Notes under the pieces: model-generated
The model's input: only the letters and a program-made list of their open reading frames with translations
Told to the model about the DNA's origin: nothing
Databases searched by the model: none
Assembly (NCBI GenBank): GCA_963799555.1
Contig: CAWCXR010000015.1
Location: 321,009-345,008, forward strand
Direction: 5' to 3'
Source of the DNA: an uncultured cyanobacterium
GTDB taxonomy: Bacteria > Cyanobacteriota > Cyanobacteriia > Phormidesmidales > Phormidesmidaceae
DNA length: 24,000 bases
Part shown: positions 1-8,255 of the stretch, piece after piece
How the letters are laid out: each line of letters starts with the position of its first letter
Position numbering within the stretch: the stretch's first letter is position 1
Program-made: the position numbers and the translations under genes

Positions 1-43
1 CACTCGTTTCTTGGTCCGCATCTTTGTTTTCTGTATCTGCCAT
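1..43 (-). CDS. ndhJ: Probable 5' end of ndhJ (NDH-1 subunit J), truncated by the window edge
   Basis: ATG at 43 lies 5 nt after the ndhK stop (TGA 51..49), behind GAGGTAG. It reads MADTENKDADQETS to the window edge. ndhC-ndhK-ndhJ is the conserved cyanobacterial/plastid order. Only 14 codons are visible, so identity rests on synteny. Confidence 0.4.
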   Translation of the reverse strand, partial: MADTENKDADQETS

Positions 44-48
44 CTACC

Positions 49-828
49 TCAAGCCTTTTCCTTGCTAACGTCTGCACCATCAACTTCTGCGCCTTCTAGC
101 TTGGCCTCAGCCGCCGACTTCTCGACCGGCATCCCCATCGCTTCCATCAGCTCCTTCGGCGGCGTATCCCGCGTATCCGAAGCCAGATACTCACCCGTCA
201 AGATGGGCGCAACCACCTTCATCTCATGAGAACGGGTATAGAAACGGTGGGTCTCTTGAAACTCCGCTCGCTCCTGCATAGACTCATTCGCAATCTTCTT
301 ACGCAGTTTGATCACCGCATCAAAGATCGCCTCAGGTCTGGGCGGACAGCCAGGAATATATACATCCACTGGAATAATCTTGTCCACACCGCGCAAAGCC
401 GTCGGTGAATCAGAGCTGAACATGCCACCGGTAATAGTGCATGCGCCCATCGCCATCACATAGGCAGGCTTAGGCATCTGCTCATATAGTCGAACCAGCG
501 CAGGGGCCATTTTCATCGTGACTGTACCCGCCACAATGATCAAATCAGCCTGACGGGGGCTGGCCCGAGGCGCTAGACCAAAACGGTCGAAGTCGAACCG
601 AGATCCCAGCAGCGCTGCGAACTCAATGAAACAGCAGGCCGTACCGTACAACAGCGGGAATAGACTCGAAAGCCTAGTCCAGTTATAGAGGTCATCAACC
701 GTCGTCATGATGACATTTTCAGACAAATCCTGAGTGATGCCCGTATTGGCACCCGGATTCATAATCCGCTCGCCTGGATTCACCAGGGGGTTTTGCATAT
801 CTGCTCGCATACCTTTTCCTATGACCAT
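49..828 (-). CDS. ndhK: NAD(P)H-quinone oxidoreductase (NDH-1) subunit K, NuoB family
   Basis: 259-aa ORF with the NuoB/NdhK Fe-S cysteine motifs [21 protein letters not shown] and [12 protein letters not shown] 828 overlaps the ndhC stop (ATGGTCATAG), with GGGAG upstream. Alternative in-frame ATGs at 810 and 798. The C-terminal about 25 aa is an acidic low-complexity tail. Confidence 0.95.
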   Translation of the reverse strand: MVIGKGMRADMQNPLVNPGERIMNPGANTGITQDLSENVIMTTVDDLYNWTRLSSLFPLLYGTACCFIEFAALLGSRFDFDRFGLAPRASPRQADLIIVAGTVTMKMAPALVRLYEQMPKPAYVMAMGACTITGGMFSSDSPTALRGVDKIIPVDVYIPGCPPRPEAIFDAVIKLRKKIANESMQERAEFQETHRFYTRSHEMKVVAPILTGEYLASDTRDTPPKELMEAMGMPVEKSAAEAKLEGAEVDGADVSKEKA

Positions 829-1181
829 TCCAAAGCTCCCTTACGCCATGCGTAGACTAACCCAATCACCAAAATACCGATAAAAACCAGCGCCTCTACA
901 AACGCTAAAAGTCCCAACGTGTGAAAAGCGACCGCCCAGGGATACAGAAAAACAGTTTCCACGTCAAAGATCACAAAGACCAGCGCAAACATGTAGTAGC
1001 GAATGTTGAACTGAATCCATGCGCCGCCGATGGGTTCACAGCCTGATTCGTAGGTTGTCCGACTGGCAGGGCCAGCACTTGCTGGTCGCAACAGCTTAGA
1101 AGCGCTCAGGGCCACTACTGGTACCAGACTACTGATGATCAAGAAGCCTAGAAAGTACTCGTATCCACTTAAAACAAACAC
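819..1181 (-). CDS. ndhC: NAD(P)H-quinone oxidoreductase (NDH-1) subunit 3 (NdhC/NuoA)
   Basis: A GTG start at 1181 gives (M)[13 protein letters not shown]...[11 protein letters not shown], 120 aa, matching the canonical NdhC N- and C-termini. The longer ORF-track version (to 1307) starts at a TTG and adds 42 non-homologous residues. Confidence 0.9.
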   Translation of the reverse strand: MFVLSGYEYFLGFLIISSLVPVVALSASKLLRPASAGPASRTTYESGCEPIGGAWIQFNIRYYMFALVFVIFDVETVFLYPWAVAFHTLGLLAFVEALVFIGILVIGLVYAWRKGALEWS

Positions 1182-1486
1182 AGCGTATGCCTTAAACCGT
1201 TGACAAATCTTTTTTATTGTAGCGGGCTGAGCATACAGCAGCGGCTTACTTTGGCACTGTATGCAAAATTTATCCCCAATAGGTAGGAACGACAGGAATC
1301 TATGCAAAAGGCCTGTTTACAAAGCCGCTACCAGAGAGAAAATGCCGCAAAAGTCGCAAAAGTAAGGTGAGAATCACTCGTTCTTCCACGCCACATCTTT
1401 ACTGAGAGAAAACCACTCTATGCAATAATAGTTTACAAATATTTCATCTTTATCAGTTCGCCGCACCAGGTAAGTGTTTTAATCCC

Positions 1487-1921
1487 ATGACTACTGAGCC
1501 GACTACCAATCCTGATTCGGAATCGCCTCCAGTCGAGGAAACGATTCCGCTGGTAAAGCCTGAAGGTTCTGAAGAAAAGCAGCTGGAGGAAAAGCAGCCG
1601 CCTGTCCCTGAGGAAATGGATCGGTTTGAATGCCGTTCTTGCGGCTACACCTACGAACCTACAAAAGGAGATAGCCGCAGCGAAACTCCTCGCGGCGTTC
1701 CGTTTAAAGAATTGCCTACGGACTGGCGCTGTAGTGTTTGCGGCTCTAGTAAGTCGCAATTTAGCAATATTGGACCAGCAGGTACGGCCTCCGGCTTCAA
1801 AGAGAATTTGAGCTACGGATTTGGTGTAAACACGTTAACCCCTGGGCAAAAGAACGTGCTGATCTTTGGTGCTCTAGGAATAGCTGTTCTGTTCTTCTTG
1901 AGTCTCTATGGACTGCGATAA
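1487..1921 (+). CDS. rubA: Membrane-anchored rubredoxin RubA (PSII assembly)
   Basis: Two CxxC pairs (CRSCGY and CSVCGS) typical of rubredoxin, followed by a C-terminal hydrophobic anchor (VLIFGALGIAVLFFLSLYGL). It sits directly upstream of ycf48-psbEFLJ, as in other cyanobacteria. The start is uncertain: ATG 1487 adds a 43-aa acidic/Pro-rich leader, and in-frame ATG 1616 (MDRFECRSCG) would give 101 aa. Confidence 0.85.
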   Translation: MTTEPTTNPDSESPPVEETIPLVKPEGSEEKQLEEKQPPVPEEMDRFECRSCGYTYEPTKGDSRSETPRGVPFKELPTDWRCSVCGSSKSQFSNIGPAGTASGFKENLSYGFGVNTLTPGQKNVLIFGALGIAVLFFLSLYGLR

Positions 1922-2075
1922 TGATTTGCTTGGGTGCTTAGCTGACAGCTAGGCTCAGTAAGCTTATCTACTTACTGTTTGAGCTATTTATGTTGGTTGG
2001 CTATTTGCCACAGATGGCAGTCAATTACTAATGTGCGACTATGTTTTTTCGGATTGATTTTTTGCTGGAGTTGTC

Positions 2076-3134
2076 ATGCAAACGGTTTTAATATCCTTTC
2101 TTCTGCCTGCCTTTAGGGCTGTAAAAGGAGCCCTAAGAAAAGGGATGATGCTGGCGCTGGTTGCGGTGCTTGCGACTAGCTGTAGCAATGTGTTTCTAGC
2201 GGGGACAGAGACTAATCCCTGGGATGTGATCGCCCTGCCTACTCAGGCGTCGCTTTCAGATGTAGCCTTTGCTGGCGATGGTGAGCATGGTTGGCTAGTG
2301 GGCAGTCGCACGACGCTTCTAGAATCGACTGACGCGGGTAAAACTTGGGATCCACGCACTCTGGAGCTAGGTGAGCAAAATTACACTTTCACCTCAATTG
2401 ATTTTGCAGGAGATGAGGGTTGGTTGGTTGGTCAGCCTAGTATTATGCTTCACACGACGGATGGTGGTAATTCCTGGTCTAATATTCCGCTCGATCCGAA
2501 GCTGCCAGGTCAACCGCTGCTGGTAACTGCAACCGGTCAGAATTCAGCCGAGCTGGCAACGGATATCGGCGCTATCTATGTAACTCAAGACGGCGGTCAG
2601 CAGTGGAAAGGCTTAGTGCAGTCTGCGGTTGGCGTAGTTAGAAACATGACTAGAAACCCAGAGGGCCGCTATGTGGCGGTGTCTTCTAGGGGCAACTTCT
2701 ATTCAACTTGGCTACCTGGACAAGACTCTTGGCAGCCGCACAACCGAGAAAATTCGAAGCGGTTGCAAAACATGGGCTTTACAAAGGATGGCCTGCTTTG
2801 GTTAATCGCTAGAGGCGGTCAGCTTCAGTTTGGAACTGAGCAAGTTGAGTATGAGGAGTGGACAGAGCCAATCAACCCAGAGTTCGCTTCTAGCTGGGGT
2901 CTGCTGGATGCCGCTTATCGTACGCCCGAAGAGATGTGGGTGACTGGTGGCAGCGGCAACTTGTTAGTCAGTACGAATGGTGGCAAGACTTGGGCAAAGG
3001 ACAAGGCTGTTGAGAATGTGCCTACAAACTTCTATAGAGTGAAGTTTCTAGGTTCTGAGCGAGGCTATATCCTGGGCCAGCGGGGCTACTTGCTGCGCTA
3101 CGTTGGTAGTGAGCTGCCAGCAACAGCAGTGTAG
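2076..3134 (+). CDS. ycf48: Photosystem II assembly factor Ycf48/HCF136 (beta-propeller lipoprotein)
   Basis: 352 aa, with GGAG 5 nt upstream of the ATG. N-terminal signal with a lipobox-like VLATSC. Repeated propeller-blade motifs TDAGKTWD, TDGGNSWS, QDGGQQWK and TNGGKTWA. Conserved position between rubA and psbE. Confidence 0.9.
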   Translation: MQTVLISFLLPAFRAVKGALRKGMMLALVAVLATSCSNVFLAGTETNPWDVIALPTQASLSDVAFAGDGEHGWLVGSRTTLLESTDAGKTWDPRTLELGEQNYTFTSIDFAGDEGWLVGQPSIMLHTTDGGNSWSNIPLDPKLPGQPLLVTATGQNSAELATDIGAIYVTQDGGQQWKGLVQSAVGVVRNMTRNPEGRYVAVSSRGNFYSTWLPGQDSWQPHNRENSKRLQNMGFTKDGLLWLIARGGQLQFGTEQVEYEEWTEPINPEFASSWGLLDAAYRTPEEMWVTGGSGNLLVSTNGGKTWAKDKAVENVPTNFYRVKFLGSERGYILGQRGYLLRYVGSELPATAV

Positions 3135-3341
3135 GTTGCTTTGTGTATGGCCGGGACGAGAACTCGAGTATCGAATGCAGCAGGTATTGAGTGCAACTGG
3201 CAGAGAGTAGAACTTGTGGATGGCAAAAACAGATTCTTTTGCATTTTCCTAATACTTGCTTGTGAGGATGGCTGAGAGTTTCGTATGATTAAGTACACAT
3301 GCCAAACATTTTTTGAGAAGATTTAGTTAGGAGATTTAGAT

Positions 3342-3584
3342 ATGGCTGGCGTTACCGGCGAAAGACCTTTTGGTGACATTGTTACCAGTGTCCGCTATTG
3401 GATTATTCACAGCATCACAATTCCGGCTTTGTTCATTGCAGGCTGGCTATTCGTTTCAACAGGATTGGCTTACGACGCGTTTGGCACGCCTCGTCCTAAC
3501 GAGTACTATCCCAGCAACCAGATGGAGCTGCCCATCGTAGACGATCGCTATAACCCTGATCGTACGCTGAAGTATCAGGACTAG
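3342..3584 (+). CDS. psbE: Cytochrome b559 alpha subunit
   Basis: 80 aa containing [49 protein letters not shown], essentially the canonical PsbE sequence including the heme-ligand His. AGGAG upstream. Confidence 0.95.
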   Translation: MAGVTGERPFGDIVTSVRYWIIHSITIPALFIAGWLFVSTGLAYDAFGTPRPNEYYPSNQMELPIVDDRYNPDRTLKYQD

Positions 3585-3632
3585 TCCGTTGAGTAGCATT
3601 CTTTCTAAGACAATTATTTTTGGAGACTTTCG

Positions 3633-3767
3633 ATGACGAGCGGTAACCCCAACGAACCTATTACTTACCCAATTTTCACTGTGCGCTGGCTGTCTGTACA
3701 TGCTTTGGCCGTGCCTTCAGTCTTCTTTCTAGGCGCAATCGCGGCTATGCAGTTTATTCAACGCTGA
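3633..3767 (+). CDS. psbF: Cytochrome b559 beta subunit (44 aa, below the ORF-track cutoff)
   Basis: Hand translation: [44 protein letters not shown], then TGA at 3765-3767. [11 protein letters not shown] with the heme-ligand His is the PsbF hallmark. GGAG 7 nt upstream. Confidence 0.92.
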   Translation: MTSGNPNEPITYPIFTVRWLSVHALAVPSVFFLGAIAAMQFIQR

Positions 3768-3788
3768 CCCCAAGAGGAGTTACATACT

Positions 3789-3911
3789 ATGGCAGATAGA
3801 CCCACTAATCCAAATAAGCAGCCTGTAGAGTTAAACCGAACATCTTTGTTTCTAGGTTTGCTTGTCGTCTTTGTGACCGGACTGTTATTTTCTAGCTATT
3901 TCTTCAACTAG
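3789..3911 (+). CDS. psbL: Photosystem II protein L (40 aa)
   Basis: Hand translation: [40 protein letters not shown], then TAG at 3909-3911. [14 protein letters not shown] and the C-terminal SSYFFN are PsbL hallmarks. GAGGAG upstream. Confidence 0.92.
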   Translation: MADRPTNPNKQPVELNRTSLFLGLLVVFVTGLLFSSYFFN

Positions 3912-3993
3912 GTTTTAACTAGATTCCAAAAATAGGTATTCAAGAAGTTAAATACCTAAAGCATTCTCTTTGTTGTGAGTAGGACTAAGTTCC

Positions 3994-4113
3994 ATGTTTC
4001 AAAACGGTAAGATTCCTCTTTGGATCGTAGCTACTGTCGCTGGCATCGGCGTTCTAGGCGTCGTTGGTATCTTCTTCTACGGCTCCTACGTAGGTACTGG
4101 TTCCGCTGTCTAA
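3994..4113 (+). CDS. psbJ: Photosystem II protein J (39 aa)
   Basis: Hand translation: [39 protein letters not shown], then TAA at 4111-4113. The KIPLW...FFYGSY pattern is typical of PsbJ. It is the last gene of psbEFLJ. Confidence 0.9.
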   Translation: MFQNGKIPLWIVATVAGIGVLGVVGIFFYGSYVGTGSAV

Positions 4114-4174
4114 GAAGACAGACAGCGGAAGTTTCAAGCTAGGCTGAAGCTGCTGTTGCTTTGTTCGTTGCTAC

Positions 4175-4200
4175 ATTGTTGCTGAAGCTTCAGCAACAAT
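4175..4200. repeat. Perfect 26-bp palindrome, possibly a 3' stem-loop of the psbEFLJ transcript
   Basis: ATTGTTGCTGAAG|CTTCAGCAACAAT, centred on AAGCTT, 62 nt after the psbJ stop. No T-tract follows, so it is not a canonical intrinsic terminator. GCTGAAGCT also occurs at 4144-4152. Confidence 0.5.
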
Positions 4201-4258
4201 GCGATGTGCGAGCAAGGTTGACGGTGGTCATACTCCAATCAAGTCTAGCTAGTTAGCT

Positions 4259-4310
4259 AGTCAATTGAATTAAAAACCAGTTAAACCAAAAGGCAGTTGA
4301 ATCAAAATAA
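4259..4310. repeat. Three degenerate tandem copies of a 16-19 nt A/T-rich unit
   Basis: AGTCAATTGAATTAAAAAC (4259-4277), CAGTTAAACCAAAAGG (4278-4293) and CAGTTGAATCAAAATAA (4294-4310). The shared core is CA(A/G)TT(G/A)AA(T/C)(T/C)AAAA, with about 12 of 14 matches between copies. Confidence 0.4.
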
Positions 4311-4342
4311 AAGAGGCCACCTAATCGATTAGGTGGCCCTCT
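4301..4342 (-). terminator. Rho-independent terminator of psaI (may also act on psbEFLJ read-through)
   Basis: Long GC-rich inverted repeat AGAGGCCACCTAAT/ATTAGGTGGCC(C)TCT with one bulge. On the minus strand it is followed by TTTATTTTGAT. It lies between the convergent psbJ and psaI genes. Confidence 0.7.
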
Positions 4343-4399
4343 TCAATGCTTTATCCGCAATGCTTGGTCAGAGACTAAACTGCCAGCATCTCCGATGAG

Positions 4400-4570
4400 T
4401 TACACCACGTCTTTCTGGCTGTCCTCAGACACTTGGCCCCAGGGTGCGTTTTCGCCACCTGTTGTTGCTTGGCCACGTTCTATGTAAAGGAAGAGAGCCG
4501 CCATTGCGATCGCAGGAAATACCAGACCAACAGTAGGCACTAGAATTGTAGGTAGAAAAGAAGCCGACAT
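4400..4570 (-). CDS. psaI: Photosystem I subunit VIII (PsaI) with a C-terminal extension (56 aa, below the ORF-track cutoff)
   Basis: Hand translation of the minus strand: [56 protein letters not shown], then TAA at 4402..4400. [19 protein letters not shown] matches the PsaI transmembrane helix as I remember it from plastids and cyanobacteria. AAGGA lies upstream, and the terminator above lies downstream. Confidence 0.7.
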   Translation of the reverse strand: MSASFLPTILVPTVGLVFPAIAMAALFLYIERGQATTGGENAPWGQVSEDSQKDVV

Positions 4571-4859
4571 GTTCACCAATCCTTATCTTAAAACTAATTG
4601 AACATCACTACCTTACTCTGAATCTGGTTTGCAATGCTTTTTCCTTAGTCGAAGTTAAAAATCTAGCCTCTGTGCTTTGTCAACACTAACTCAATCAATA
4701 GCTTAATCAACGCTGATTGGTGCTAGAACATCCGCTAAAAGATAGACTCTGTTTCTTCCTTCCGGGAGGCAAGAAACACCGTTGTTTGAGGTTATTGTAG
4801 TGATCACAAGGGGAAGCTCGTTATGAATCCCCTGTAATCATTCACTGGAGATTTTCGTA

Positions 4860-5117
4860 ATGGGTATTCTTGCCTGGGTTGTTTTGGGTCTATTGGCTGG
4901 TGCGATCGCTCGTGCTATCTATCCTGGTCATCAGGGTCTCGGTATTATAGGGACTATGGTTCTAGGGATTATTGGTGCGGTTGTTGGCGGCTTTGTTGCC
5001 AGCTTATTTGTGCCTGGGGCCGCAGCTGGCTTAACGATTCCTGGCGTAATCGTTGCAGTACTAGGTGCCATCATCACGCTATTCATCTACTACGCTGTAA
5101 CAAAGCGCACTGCATAA
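4860..5117 (+). CDS. GlsB/YeaQ/YmgE-family (transglycosylase-associated) small membrane protein
   Basis: 85 aa, glycine-rich, with three predicted TM helices. MGILAWVVLGLLAGAIA...PG.QGLGIIGTMVLGIIGAVVGG is the typical family pattern. Confidence 0.8.
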   Translation: MGILAWVVLGLLAGAIARAIYPGHQGLGIIGTMVLGIIGAVVGGFVASLFVPGAAAGLTIPGVIVAVLGAIITLFIYYAVTKRTA

Positions 5118-5185
5118 TTAGTGGACATCGGCGATAAGTCAAGGAAGCAAGGCAATAGCCTACCTCTTGTAACCTGGATATAGAA

Positions 5186-5225
5186 AGAGCCAATCGGACA
5201 GCTGTCCGATTGGCTCTTTTGATTC
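5186..5225 (+). terminator. Rho-independent terminator after the GlsB-family gene
   Basis: Perfect 32-nt palindrome AGAGCCAATCGGACAG|CTGTCCGATTGGCTCT, followed by TTTTGATTC. Confidence 0.75.
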
Positions 5226-5264
5226 TAGAATACCGTCGTGTCCTTGTAAAACAGCTCACTGTCA

Positions 5265-6710
5265 ATGGAAAAATCTCAATCCACCGCCCGTTCAGCAAAA
5301 GATCCACAGCAGTGGATGGACAATCTTCAGAACTATTCTGCACTTAAAGAACAGATCGCTGATTTTGTTTTTGATGCAGAAGATGAGCTGGCCGTCTCGT
5401 TAGAGCATTTCTCTGCAAAGCAGCTTTCCCGCTGGGCTACCCCAAAGCTAGTTGGCCTCGATCGTACAGAACTCGCGACCGACATGTTTATTACAGAAGG
5501 CCAGGTAAAAGGCCAGTCCGTTATCCAGCTGTTCTTGGCAGACAACTCTACTCGGACAATCGAGACTCAAAACTGGTTGAACCGATGGCCGAATAGCTTC
5601 ATCGGACTATTTGAGGTGAGCGCCGTTGAAGAAGCAACAGAAAAGACAGTGAATCCGAACGCTTGCTATCGGCTTATGAACTGGTTGACTGAGAAAGGCT
5701 ATAGCGTGCATCCAAACAGCTTGCAGTCGGCTGAGATGCTAAAGCGAATGCAAACTCGTGAGATTGTACTAGCTAAGCTAGTTCCTCTGACAGAAGATGA
5801 ATGGACGTTTTCAGGCTCTATTACCCTGCTGGGAAAACTGGGAAAACCTAAGCTGGCGGTCGCTATTGGTAATTTCAAGAAATGGTTTCCAGAGCAGCTC
5901 TATGGTGATGCTCCAGAGCTGAAAGAAGCGGCATGGGGATCGGTCAAGCAGCAGTACGACGACTTTATCAATATCTTTGGGCCAACGCCTGCGACCCTGC
6001 CGGGTAGAGAGCTCAATGAGAAATTACAGAGCTATCAGCAAAATTCTACAGATAAGCAGCTAGCTGAAGCCGGTATTGATAGCAACAAGTCTTTTGCGGA
6101 GATTGCGAAGGCGCAAGAGCTCTCAGAAGCAGAAATTGACGAGGCAATCGCGGCGGTAGGCGAGGGAAACAAGGCAGCAAAAGCTTTACTGACCAGCAAG
6201 CAATCGCTCAAAATGGTCATGCCAAAGGTAGAGCTGCCGGACAACCTGCGGCAGGCTGAGGCGGTTACGGTTTTCTCTCATCCTCGCTGGGGTCAGTCAT
6301 TCTTACCGGACTATCGTAGGTTGGAGAGTTTGATGAGTATGGCGGCGGGCGATCGCACCGAAGACGATACGGCAGGTCTTCGCGCTCTGGTACTCAAATA
6401 CTTAGAAGATGAGCAGGCCAACGCCCACGTTTGGCAGCATATACAACAGAACTTTGGTGATACCGTCGAACCGCTGGTCCAAGAGTTCATGGAATTGCCC
6501 GAACTAGACATTCAAACAGATTTTGAAAAGATGCTAGCCTTCTATGGTAAGCCGCTAGTGCCCACGCTGCCAGAGAGCGCCAGCGTCCCCATCCATCTAC
6601 ACAACCTTTTTCAGGAAGCATTAAAAAAGGTTGGAAAAAGCGCAGGCCAAGAGAAGTCCGCTAAAAAATCAGCAAAAAAAACAAAACAGAAAAAGGGAGG
6701 CTTCGGATAA
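5265..6710 (+). CDS. Hypothetical protein, 481 aa, acidic and helical with a Lys-rich C-terminal tail
   Basis: Long uninterrupted ORF with an ATG start and coding-like composition. I recognise no family motif. The C-terminus is KKVGKSAGQEKSAKKSAKKTKQKKGGFG. Confidence 0.7.
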   Translation: MEKSQSTARSAKDPQQWMDNLQNYSALKEQIADFVFDAEDELAVSLEHFSAKQLSRWATPKLVGLDRTELATDMFITEGQVKGQSVIQLFLADNSTRTIETQNWLNRWPNSFIGLFEVSAVEEATEKTVNPNACYRLMNWLTEKGYSVHPNSLQSAEMLKRMQTREIVLAKLVPLTEDEWTFSGSITLLGKLGKPKLAVAIGNFKKWFPEQLYGDAPELKEAAWGSVKQQYDDFINIFGPTPATLPGRELNEKLQSYQQNSTDKQLAEAGIDSNKSFAEIAKAQELSEAEIDEAIAAVGEGNKAAKALLTSKQSLKMVMPKVELPDNLRQAEAVTVFSHPRWGQSFLPDYRRLESLMSMAAGDRTEDDTAGLRALVLKYLEDEQANAHVWQHIQQNFGDTVEPLVQEFMELPELDIQTDFEKMLAFYGKPLVPTLPESASVPIHLHNLFQEALKKVGKSAGQEKSAKKSAKKTKQKKGGFG

Positions 6711-6812
6711 GAAACAGAGATTAAACAAAAGCTGTGCTAGGCTTTACCTTCCCGTAAAGCGGGACGGCTGGAAGGAGACGGGGAAGACATTTGCTCCCTG
6801 GTTCTAACTTCT

Positions 6813-8255
6813 TTAAGTATTTTTTTGAGCCTTATATCTTTCTTTAAAGATAGCCTGTTGCTCTTTGTGATCAACAACTTTACAGGGGTATCCTGTCCCT
6901 TCCAAATCCTCTGAAGCAATCTCTCCACTGACAAGTGCTCCGGTATTGAGGTGGCGGATTTCAGGTAACCACTGACGGATATATTCAGCCTCTGGATCGT
7001 ATTTTTTGGCCTGACTAGCTGGGTTGAAAATTCGCAGCGGTTTAGGGTCCATCCCGCTCGAAGCGCTCCACTGCCAGCCACCGTTGTTGGAAGAAAGATC
7101 GCCATCAAACAGACGCTGCATGAAGTATTTCTCTCCCCAGCGCCAGTCAATGATCAAATCTTTGGTCAGGAAGCTAGCGACTATCATGCGGCATCGATTG
7201 TGCATCCAGCCAATTTCGTTGAGCTGCCGCATCGCGGCGTCCACAATCGGATAGCCTGTTTTGCCTTCGCACCAGGCTTGAAAAAGGTCTTCGTCGTTAT
7301 CCCAAGGAAAATCTTTTAGCGGCTCGCGATAGGGACCTTCGGCTAGTTTAGGAAAGTTGTACATGACGCTCTGGTAAAACTCTCTCCAGGCGATTTCCTG
7401 CTGCCAGGTACGAATATTGCTGTGAGTTTCTTCGCTGCGAGCGCGGCTGTAGGCATCGCTAGCGGCTTCCCAAACGGTGCGAATGCCGATAGTGCCAAAT
7501 TTCAAGGCAGCACTAAGTGTAGAAGTGCCGGGAATGGCCGGATAGTCGCGCTGTTCGTCATATTCAGCGATCGCTCTTTTGTCGTCGCAGAACTTTTCTA
7601 ACTGGGCGATCGCAGCAGCTTCTCCAGGCTCCAATAAGAGTTCGTTTTCCCACTCATACCCCAGCTCCTCGGCAGCGGGTAAATCGATATTTCCGGCTTT
7701 GTTAGCCAGTGACTTTTCGTGTGAACTCAGGCCAGTGGCTTTAGAAAGGGCGGGTGCAGGCGGCTGCTTTTCTTGTTCGATCCACTTGCGCCAGAAGGGA
7801 GTGTATACCTTGTAAGGTTCGCCTGCTCCAGTTTTGAGGGCATCGGGCGGATGAAGCAGTTGGTCCCAGTACTGGGTTGATCTTTCAATGTCTTTATCTT
7901 TAAGGACGTTAGCGACTTCGGTATCGCGGTCTCTAGAATAGGGCTCTACGTCACGGTTCCAGTAGACAGCGGTGGCGCTTAACGCGGCGGCTAGTCTGGG
8001 TATAGCTTCTTCGGGCTTACCTTTGAGAATCAGCAGTTCGCTGCCTGCGGACTTGTAGCTTTCTTGAAGTTCGGCTAGAGAGCCAATCATGTAGGTAACG
8101 CGGGCTGGAGCAATGTCGTCGCCATCGAGGATGCCAGGATCTAGGCAGAAGATACCGATGACTTTGGGAGTGCGATCGCGCGCCGCTGCCAAGCCCAAAT
8201 TATCTCGAATCCGCAAATCCCGACGATGCCAAAACAGCACCAGCTCATCCGCCAT
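6813..8255 (-). CDS. phr: Class I CPD deoxyribodipyrimidine photolyase
   Basis: MADELVLFWHRRDLRIRDNLGLAAA..., TGYPIVDAAMRQL, GWMHNRCRMIVASFLTKDLIIDWRWGE, DGDLSSNNGGWQWSASSGMDPKPLRIFNPASQAKKYDP. It is collinear with the Synechococcus (Anacystis) photolyase as I recall it. I prefer ATG 8255 over the TTG at 8273 used by the ORF track. Confidence 0.95.
   Translation of the reverse strand: MADELVLFWHRRDLRIRDNLGLAAARDRTPKVIGIFCLDPGILDGDDIAPARVTYMIGSLAELQESYKSAGSELLILKGKPEEAIPRLAAALSATAVYWNRDVEPYSRDRDTEVANVLKDKDIERSTQYWDQLLHPPDALKTGAGEPYKVYTPFWRKWIEQEKQPPAPALSKATGLSSHEKSLANKAGNIDLPAAEELGYEWENELLLEPGEAAAIAQLEKFCDDKRAIAEYDEQRDYPAIPGTSTLSAALKFGTIGIRTVWEAASDAYSRARSEETHSNIRTWQQEIAWREFYQSVMYNFPKLAEGPYREPLKDFPWDNDEDLFQAWCEGKTGYPIVDAAMRQLNEIGWMHNRCRMIVASFLTKDLIIDWRWGEKYFMQRLFDGDLSSNNGGWQWSASSGMDPKPLRIFNPASQAKKYDPEAEYIRQWLPEIRHLNTGALVSGEIASEDLEGTGYPCKVVDHKEQQAIFKERYKAQKNT

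Noticed and set aside
1182-1307. An upstream extension of ndhC (ORF track start at 1307)
   Set aside because: That start is a TTG, and the extra 42 residues are Cys/Lys-rich and non-homologous. GTG 1181 reproduces the canonical [11 protein letters not shown]-terminus.
1431-1451. GTTTACAAA-TA-TTTCATCT as an RpaB HLR1 site upstream of rubA
   Set aside because: Only the first half matches the (G/T)TTACA(T/A)(T/A) repeat as I recall it. The second half, 2 nt away, has three or more mismatches, so it is reported only as part of the duplicated-motif finding.
6737-7150. A 137-aa minus-strand ORF overlapping the photolyase 3' end in another frame
   Set aside because: It is almost entirely nested in the strongly supported phr CDS, and its translation is low-complexity with no motifs.
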